In this document: piece by piece, positions 55,081 to 64,000 of the stretch
Numbering within the stretch: position 1 is the stretch's first letter
Layout: the number at the start of each line of letters is the position of its first letter
Source of the DNA: Octopus sinensis
Taxonomy: Eukaryota
Assembly (NCBI RefSeq): GCF_006345805.1
Contig: NC_043009.1
Span: 53,072,001 to 53,136,000 of the forward strand
DNA length: 64,000 nucleotides
Reading direction: 5' to 3'
The notes under the pieces: generated by a model
Seen by the model: the letters and a program-made list of their open reading frames with translations, nothing else
Told to the model about the DNA's origin: nothing
The model's database searches: none
Program-made: the position numbers and the translations under genes

Positions 55081-55402
55081 CTAAGGTTAAAAGAGTAAAA
55101 TCGATATGAATTTAATCACTTAGTAGAATGAAATCTGCAAAGAAAAAAATATGTAAAAAGTAATGCTTATTTTACGTTGAAAAATTACCTTCAAAGTGAT
55201 CATTTTAATACATACACGGTGGCTCTCTGCTCAACCAAGCAAAAGATTCCCAAAATGTCGAATGCCATTCCCTTCATATCTGGTTTTATATCAAAATGAC
55301 ATTTCCTACAGACATGCTTTAAGAAAAGTTGAGGTCTATCTCATTCCCTGTAGTCTGCTAGCACGCCGGATATTAACCCGGAATTTCGGAGGGTTCGTGC
55401 TA

Positions 55403-56685
55403 CGAGTGGCGTTCAATAAGTAATGCCCCTGACCCACTTCCCATAGCAGTAGAGCAACGAAACTTGGCACAGGTATTAGTCTTTTTCAGCATAGGAACAA
55501 CCCAGAGTTACGCATTTCTCCCATCGTTTGATACAGCTCTGGAGACCGTTTTCATAGAAGACCCCAGCTTGGTCCGCCAATCACGACGTGACTTCAGAAA
55601 TCAAGGCTGCATCATCTGGGAAACGCTTTCCTTTCAAAAACAACTTCATGGCTGGGAAGAGGTGAAAATTAGAGAGTGCAAGGTCAGGAGAGTAGGGGGA
55701 TGGGGGAAGTGTTCATAGCCGCACGCCTGTGCTTCTGATCTGGCGACACGCGAGTTGTGGACCGGAGCGTTGTCCTGCAGGAGGAGGATGCCTTTGCTGA
55801 TCTTGCCCCGCCTCTTGATTTTGATAGCTTCTCTTAATTTCCTCAAAAGTGAAGCATGATAGGCTCCTGTAATTGTGGTACCCTTTACCAGGAAATCTGT
55901 CATCACTACTCCGTCCTGGTCCCAGAAGACTGTGAGCATGACCTTGCCAGCGGAGGGCTGCACCCTTGCCTTCTTTGGAGGAGGTGAGTCACGGTGCTTC
56001 CACTGCATTGACTGGGCTTTGGTCTCTGGATCATGGTGAAGGACCCAGGTCTCATCCTGTGTAATCAGTCTTTTGAAAAATTTTGACTCATCTTCTTGGC
56101 ACATCCCTAAATTCATCCTCGAGCACTCGATGCGTTCTTGCTTCAGGAAAAGTGTGAGCAACCTGGGAATCCCTCTGGCAGACACCTTTTGCATATGCAA
56201 ATGGTCATGAATGATAGTTTCCACAGACCCGGTACTAATCTTGACCTCATGGGCTATTTGGCGAATAGTTATGCGTACATCTTCCAAAATGGCAGCCTCA
56301 ACTTGACGGACAGATGCCTCATCAATGGCAGAAGGGGTGCGACCAGATCTGGGAGCTGTTTCCACAGAGTTCCGACTATGTTTGAATTCACAATGCCAGC
56401 GTTTTACAAGGTCATATGCTAGGGCATCATCACCATAAGTTATTTTCATTTCATCAAAAGTCTCCCGTGGTGTGCGTCATTTCAAATACAAAAACCGGAT
56501 CACTTCTCGACACTGAACAGGCTCCATTTCCCACTTGACTCATTTCAAACACCTGTAAATCAGAAACCACAATTAATTCAGAGCTGTAATTTGCCACTTA
56601 ATCTATAGAGATATAAATAATTACACATGCAAAATCTCAGCTAGATCAATCAACGGCAAGTGGGTCAGAGGCATTACTTATTGAA
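55403..56685 (-). mobile_element. Mariner, same family as 40022-41310, opposite orientation
   Basis: Same TIR (one end clipped); 267-aa ORF with ITQDETWVLHHDPE and LQDNAPVH, frameshifted before the third catalytic Asp. Confidence 0.95.
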
Positions 56686-57790
56686 AGACTAATATTGCTA
56701 GCGGATCGTCGAGCTTACGCTAGTTTCACTTGTCTTTTTAACAGGAGCCTACGCTAGTTTCACTTGTCTTTTTAACAGGTTTTGTTTTAGTCCTGATGGA
56801 TTTCTATCAACCCTCCTCACCAGGCAAGCCTAGTAAGATTGTTGGTTTAGTCACCGAAGACTCGACCATACATGTTTTACTAGATTCCATGTTAGCAGAA
56901 GATACCTCTCAAGTAATCTTAGTACATATATACATAAATACATACCTGCATGCATACATACATCCGTACTTACCTACCTACATCCAACTTACCTACCTAC
57001 CTACCTACCGACCGACCGACCTATCTATTTATCTATCTATCTATCGATCGATCTATCTACACTATGTTAACTTAACATATTAACTCAAGGAGGACCTACA
57101 CAAGACTAGAGGAGACGAACTGAATATTCAGTCTAATAATCTACCATCTCAGTCAGTTTATCAGCCAATAATTTTTCTTCTGATGTCATGAATCTTTCTC
57201 AGAATAGCAGCTATACCTTTCACCAGTCGTACATAGTATCTTAAAAAATAAAGGGATATATTGAACTAATGTACTTCCATAAAATAAATCTGTCTTAACA
57301 GCACAATGTAGTCTCGACTATAACATCTTTACTGTTAGTTCTGCTTCGTCAGGTCAGATCTAGGGTTAAACTCTAAACAACCATTCAAAAGTCTGAAGAG
57401 TTTTGAAATAAAACATTTCAATCAGTAGATATTAATAGCAATCTGATATGGTAAACAGTATCACAAATATTTCAAACATTAGAATATATTTTATGTTGTG
57501 AAGAAAAAATAAGTGTAACATTTTGAAGAGAAACTTTTAGCAGAAGGAATCATAATGCTATTTGACATTTCTTGTTTCAATTAATTGTTTCAGCCTGAAT
57601 CGAACATTAAATTTGTTCCATTGTTCTTTGATATATAGTTTACTATGTTTACCATCCTCACAGCAATCTTATTCTCGGTGAAACTTACTTTGTGAATTGC
57701 TTGTATTGATTTCGAAAATAGGTCTACATAATTTATATAGTAGTGAGCAATTAGATTAATATGCTGCAATTAAATAATAAGCCAAATTAC

Positions 57791-57935
57791 CTGCACATCA
57801 TTTCGATCTCCTTTTCCGTATTGCTCGTAGTATTTGGAAAGTGTTTCTTTAAATCATCTGAACATGTCTTAAATTCAAGCAATGCTGCTTGCATACATTT
57901 GCCGTAACTCGATGGAATCCACAGGAAAATGGTAA
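57791..57935 (-). CDS. Gene B exon with the end of a signal-peptide-like stretch (TIFLWIPSSYGKC...IEMMC)
   Basis: tattttcag acceptor and GTAATT donor; 145 bp, phase 1 to 2. Confidence 0.8.
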
Positions 57936-58045
57936 CTGAAAATATAAAATAGATAGGTAATTACTTAAATTATTTGTTATAAGTTTTTATGAATTTATCT
58001 GTATTTGTAAAGTGCTGTTTAATCTTATTTCCGATAAGTATTTGA

Positions 58046-58285
58046 ACATACCTACATACATACATACATACATACATACATACATACATACATACATACA
58101 TACATACATACATGCATACATACATACATACATACATACATACATACATACATACATACATACATACATACATACATACATACATACATACATACATACA
58201 TACATACATACATACATACATACATACATACATAAATACATACATACATACATACATACATACATGCATACATACATACATATAT
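58046..58285. repeat. (CATA)n microsatellite
   Basis: Seen directly. Confidence 0.95.
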
Positions 58286-58289
58286 ACAC

Positions 58290-59250
58290 ACGCCAAGAGT
58301 CGAAGTGCATCCCTTGTCCAAGTTTGCATACAAGAAGCAGATAACATCATAAGACTTGGAAGGCAGCTCCTTGAGCAACACTCTTTGTCTGATAACCTAA
58401 AATTCATGCCCAAAGAAGTCGCACGACTCAACCGCAACATATCATCATATGAGTCTATATGAGTAGAGGACTATGCATAGATATGTTAGCAGAAAGCTCC
58501 GTGATGATAGTAACATCGATCATCAAAGCAGTAACATTGATCATCAAAGTTTATCATGGACGAATAGCCAGATTATTACCTCCCACTTTCAAGGGTATGA
58601 ATTTGCAATCCAGAAACGGGAAATATCAACCAAGTACCTAATGCACAAAGAAGATAGAGATGCGGGAAAAGCCGTAGAATGTGACAACCGATGCGGACTT
58701 TGTGGAGTTCACACTGAACATATCCTCCACATCATACGCAGTTGTCAGAAAATGTCACCACGGTATCATCTACCGATGAGACATGACGTAGCTAGGACGC
58801 TCTATAATGAAATCCGTCGGAAGGTTAATCCTGAGGACAAAGAAATAAAAACCCACTATATGGTAAAAGCCATAGCCACTCATAATGAAAAGGAATACTG
58901 GTGGAATGTACCGGTGAAGACCTCAATAAAATGTAAACACAACAGACCTGATATTATGATTTGGAATAAAGAAGAGAAACTGTGCACAGTTGTAGAAATT
59001 AACTGCCCAGAAGATCAGTGAAAAAGAGAACACCTATACTGAACTATTGAGAAACCTACAGTTGCTCTATCTAAATTACAAGTTCAGGTTTATACCTGTA
59101 AATATTGGAGCCCTGGGATATGTAACACATTGCCTAAATACCAATCTTGTGAAATTCAGCTTCTCAAATCCAGAAAGGAGAAAGCTAATTCGAAGGCTAC
59201 AGATCTAATCTATCACTGGAACTGTAAACATCTGTAAAACTTTCGAGGAG
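58290..59250 (+). mobile_element. Non-LTR retrotransposon 3' fragment with CCHC knuckle and restriction-like endonuclease (R4/Dong-like)
   Basis: CGLCGVHTEHILHIIRSC..RHD and HNRPDIMIWNKEEKLCTVVEINCP. Confidence 0.75.
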
Positions 59251-59599
59251 TTTATAATTTGAATATATATATGAGCATGTCTAGATATGTAACTCTATGC
59301 ATGAGAATACATTCATAAAATATACAAATCTGCACATACATACATACATACATACATACATACATACATACATACATACATACATACATACATACATACA
59401 TACAGACATACATACATACATACATACATACATACATACATACATACATACATACATACATACATACATACACAAATACCCTGTTGTTGATGTTGAAATT
59501 CCAATGAAGGAACCTTGGATCTAGGTTAGAAATCGATTCTTTCTCTATTGGCAAGAAATCTTGAAACAAACTTAATAATGACATACATACATTAAGAAC

Positions 59600-60715
59600 T
59601 AGTCACAACCTTCTCATGAGATACAGGAATGGTGTTTGCGCATAATAAATGCTCATACATGATAGTCAACTGAAGAAAGATTGCATATACATCACCGGTT
59701 GATCTACCTCCCGTATCTCTAATGCAGAAAGCTACAAGTATCTCGGAGTTGATGAGGTTGCTGCATAAGTTGGTACTCTGATTAACGATAAAAGAGTTCT
59801 TCTATAGACTTCGGAAAATACGGAACTCAGAGCTGTCTGCATTTAACACGATCATATCTTACAATGTTCTTGCAGTACCAGTGCTAGTACCAACATTTGA
59901 GTTATTGGACTGGGCACTCGATGACATACTCAGCCTAGGCATCAAAACCAGAAAGCCACTGCCCAACACTACAAACTTCCATAATAACAGCGATACTGAC
60001 AAGCATTGACAGGAATAGTTGCCTACGCTGTGACACATTACATTCCACCTAGCAGGATATGCCCTCGCTATCTAGGAACAGATGATAGTTACTAAATACC
60101 TGATAAAGAAGTGGGACAAATATACTCCAATATCGGCTCTGATATACCATTCTAGAAGATATCATCCACTTCTCCAGCAGCTGCCCCCCCCCATCACAAC
60201 CTCATCGTCTATGAGATGCTACCTGTCCTTGAGGCATGATATAATTGCAACGACTATTTACAATGGTATCAGCAGGAAGGACTGCTCTGGCATACACATC
60301 AAAGGTATATCAAAATCAGCAGGTATTCACATATCTAGAAAAAGGAATACTTGTAGAACAACACCCCGATAAAAATATAAAATTCCGTGCAAATATAATT
60401 GTCCTGGTATTGTTGTAAGACAGCGAGCAAATGTCATGCACAGTTGTAGTAGTCAGCTGCACTGCGGTTGTAATTATCCAAAAGAGAACATTTATGAAGA
60501 ATTAATTCAGAATTTACAGCTCTTGTACACTGACCGTGAATTCTCATTTGCACCTATCATCATAAAGTACATTAGTTAATATACCAAAAAATTTGCACAT
60601 TAACCTAGAAATACTCGGTTTCATAGAGAAAGAGCCAAAGAAACTCACGCGGATGCTTCCAATCTAATCTATTAGTGGCACAATGAAGATTTGTTAGACA
60701 TTCTACAAATTCTGT
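59600..60715 (+). mobile_element. Second, more decayed and internally deleted R4/Dong-like fragment
   Basis: ESYKYLGVDE-like RT motif near 59730; 3' part resembles 58960-59230. Confidence 0.55.
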
Positions 60716-61058
60716 ATTTATATTCTTATGTAAATGAAGGCCCACACTCGGGTGTATGCATCAGCAGTTCAACCAACGCACCAACTTAACCATATATTTA
60801 CAAACACTAGGAACTCTCTAAATTCAAAAAGTCTTGTTGCCTTTTTAATGACCGGTTTGAACCAGCATAATAATTTTAAAATCCTACATATATATATATA
60901 TATATACAATGTGCAAATGCATACATACATACATACATACATACATACATACACGCAAACATACATACATACATACATACATACATACATACATACACAC
61001 ACACAAACATACATACATACATACATACATACATACATACACACAAACATACATACAT

Positions 61059-61469
61059 AGGCGCAGGAGTGGCTGTGTGGTAAGTAGCTTGTTTACCAAC
61101 CACATGGTTCCGGGTTCAGTCCCACTGGGTGGCACCTTGGGCAAGTGTCTTCTACTATAGCCTCGGGCCGACCAAAGCCTTGTGAGTGGATTTGGTAGAC
61201 GGAAACTGAAAAGAAGCCCATCGTATATATGTATATATATATGCATGTGTGTGTTTGTGTGTCTGTATTTGTTCCCCTAGCATTGCTTGACAACCGATAC
61301 TGGTGTGTTTATGTCCCCGTAACTTAGCGTTTCGGCAAAAGAGACCGATAGAATAAGTACTGGGCTTACAAAAGAATAAGTCCCGGGGTCGAGTTGCTCG
61401 ATTAAAGGCGGTGCTCCAGCATGGCCGCAGTCAAATGACTGAAACAAGTAAAAGTAAAGAGAGTAAAGA

Positions 61470-61470
<1 letters not shown>
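61059..61470 (+). mobile_element. SINE family B, full length
   Basis: Complete head and tail. Confidence 0.85.
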
Positions 61471-61505
<35 letters not shown>

Positions 61506-61580
61506 TGCAAATGCATACATACATACATTCATACATACATACATACATACATACACACAAACATACATACATACATACAT

Positions 61581-62072
61581 ACCCGTTGCTCGGGTTTGTA
61601 AGGGAAATAACTATATAAGCATTTTTAGAGAGTTACTTCCCTTTCTTAGCTTTCTTAGCCATTTCTGTTTTGGTGTCTTCAAGCCATGAAGTCGTTGTTC
61701 TAAAAGAACGCTGGTCTCCTTGACAACGCTTTACGGCGTTGATTTCCTTACACTCCCTTCCCCACAGCTTCACGAGGGAGGGAAGAAGGGGAAGAAGTAA
61801 ACACAGGTGCAGGTGTTTGAGCGTGGACGCCAACTCCGCCGCCATCGACACACGAAAAATTATGCATTAAAATGGAATAAAAAATGATGTTAAATTATTT
61901 TTAAAATCGTAGACTCATCGTAGACGCGCGCTAATAGCCAGACGGGCTCGATAGTAATCACGACTATAAGATACCCGAATTTGGTTAAACTGCACCGCAA
62001 AATGTGGGAGGAGTTAGGAATCTAAATCGAAGGGGACAGACACTCACACAACTAGAGTTTTATATATATAGA
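61581..62072 (-). mobile_element. Putative non-autonomous Helitron, 3' CTAG missing
   Basis: A|TCTATATATATAAAA start on the minus strand; terminal acccg-agcaa-cgggt hairpin. Confidence 0.45.
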
Positions 62073-62324
62073 TATGTAAAGTTAGACAACCATTACGCGT
62101 GGTGGAAATGTGAATTGAAACAATAATTAAATAATACGTACAATGAAAATATATACAACAATAATAGGAACAGAAGATCTAACTTTTCGGGTTAAAAACT
62201 TTACCAAGATGAAGTAAAAGTAATAAGTGATGCAGAAGAAATAGTAATACAAACGATTCCGAATTTATGACATCTGTTTACATTTGTTTTTTTCTTCTAC
62301 TCTAGTCACAAGGCCCAAAATATT

Positions 62325-63054
62325 GGGGGAGGGCGCCAGTCGATAAGATCGACCCCAGTGCGTAGCTGGTACTTAATTTATCGGCCCCGAAAGGATGAAA
62401 GGCAAAGTCGACCTCGACGGAATTTGAACTCAGAACGTAAAGACAGACGAAATACCTATTTCTTTACTACCCACGAGGCGCTAAACACAGAGAGGGCAAA
62501 CAAGGAAGACAAACGGATTAAGTCGATTAGATCGACCCCAGTGCGTAACTGGTACTTATTTAATCGACCCCGAAAGGATGAAAGGCAAAGTCGACTCGGG
62601 ACAATTTGAACTCAAAACGTAAAGACAGACGAAATACCTATTTCTTTACTGCCCACAAGGGGCTACACAGAGGGGACAAACAAAGACAGACAAACGGATT
62701 AAGTCGATTATATCGACCCCAGTGCGTAACTGGTACTTATTTAATCAACCTCGAAAGGATGAAAGGCAAAATCGACCTCGGCGGAATTTAAACTCAGAAC
62801 GTAGCGGCAGACGAAATACCTATTTCTTTATTACCCACAAGGGGCTAAAGACAGAGGGGACAAACAAGGACAGACATAGGTATTAGGTCGATTACATCGA
62901 CCCCAGTACGTAACTGGTACTTAATTTATCGACCCCGAAAGGATGAAAGGCAAAGTCGACCTCGGCGGAATTTGAACTCAGAACGTTAACGACAGACGAA
63001 ATACGGCTACGCATTTCGCCCGGCGTGCTAACGTTTCTGCCAGCTCGCCGCCTT
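62325..63054 (-). mobile_element. Tandem tetramer of SINE family A (unit about 182 bp, single head)
   Basis: gaaatacctatttc junctions near 62450, 62632 and 62815. Confidence 0.85.
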
Positions 63055-64000
63055 TATCCGTTTATATTTCTTGGTGAAAGAGTTTTCAATGAACTAATCT
63101 CTAGGCATTACCTGATCAGGTATTTAATGATCTCAGGTGCATACATACTCAATATCGTGTCGTACTAATTAGCAATACGAAGCTGGTGGGAATAGGGTGG
63201 GAAAAAACAAAAAGTTAATTTAGTACCTTAGTGTCATAACTTTTTTACTGTTATGAATATTTTATAGGTGTCCTGGTTTGTTAGATAAGAATTTTTAAAT
63301 ATGGTACTTCAGATATGCGCAGACATGTTCTTGCTGTAGGAAGTTCTGCTTCCTAAATACATAGTTTGGGGTTCAGTCCCGATGTGTTTTACTGTTATAA
63401 CCTTAGGCCGCTTAAAGACTTGTGAGTAGATTTTGGTCGACGGAAACTGAAAGGAGCCTGTCATCTAAAGGTTCAATATTTTAGGAAGGAAAGAATAGGC
63501 ATAATTGTAAGTGCGAGCCTGAGAATTTATCCTTAACAAGGACACAACAATGTAAAGAATGTACTTTGATCAGGAAAGATCCTCAGTGAATACCTAGCCG
63601 AATATTTCGACGACAGGGAGGCTCTAGCTGAGTGCGCTTATATGTAGGTCGTGTGAAGGTATTTAACTGCTAATTGAGACAAGCTTGGAGGATGCTCTTG
63701 ATGTCTTCCATAAGCGAAACGTTTCTATAGGAGATTCGCTTTCTAGATACAGATGAAGTCTTTGCTGATGTCTATGGTAACAATATTGCTATCAATGAAC
63801 TTCTTTTTGAAGTTTAGGCCTCATAAGAGCATAGGTCTCACGTTGACCAGTTCTTCGGAAGCTGTAGAGACGGTCATCGAGGTTACCTCATTTGTAATGG
63901 CTATCTTTATTACATTTGATATATTAGAAGCCAGAACAATAAGACAGTAGATGCCGGGATTGGAGGGGTTACCTTTCTTTAGAATGCGACATACTGCAGT

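Noticed and set aside
56715-56780. 35-bp tandem duplication ending ttttaacagg (acceptor-like)
   Set aside because: It is on the strand opposite gene B with no downstream exon; likely simple slippage.
63105-63150. Candidate first exon of gene B (MYAPEIIKYLI, then GTAATG)
   Set aside because: It ends in phase 2, whereas exon 57935 needs phase 1.

Overview
AT-rich, microsatellite-dense eukaryotic DNA. The tRNA-derived SINE families and repeat content suggest an octopus-like cephalopod (inference). Host content: two tandem, minus-strand paralogous genes that I assembled by hand from GT-AG exons. Gene A has exons at 26228-26081, 21619-21474, 16227-16065 and 11800-11599. Gene B has exons at 57935-57791, 50939-50794, 47234-47090 and 39925-39733. 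Both have identical intron phases (1,2,1,2), 10 aligned Cys, a signal-peptide-like start and a hydrophobic C-terminal tail. The ATG exon was not found for either gene. The rest is transposon-derived: one uninterrupted 807-aa Penelope-like (RT + GIY-YIG) ORF, at least six Penelope-like fragments, several mariner/Tc1 copies, R4/Dong-like and CR1-like LINE relics, putative Helitron ends, three SINE families and many microsatellites. The most striking structure is a solo Penelope 3' module (about 8270-9818, minus strand). It holds a higher-order tandem array of CRE-like + CCAAT motifs, then a TATAAAA, then a hammerhead-like motif. Most short ORFs in the supplied track are microsatellite artefacts. 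All calls are by eye; no database searches were run.
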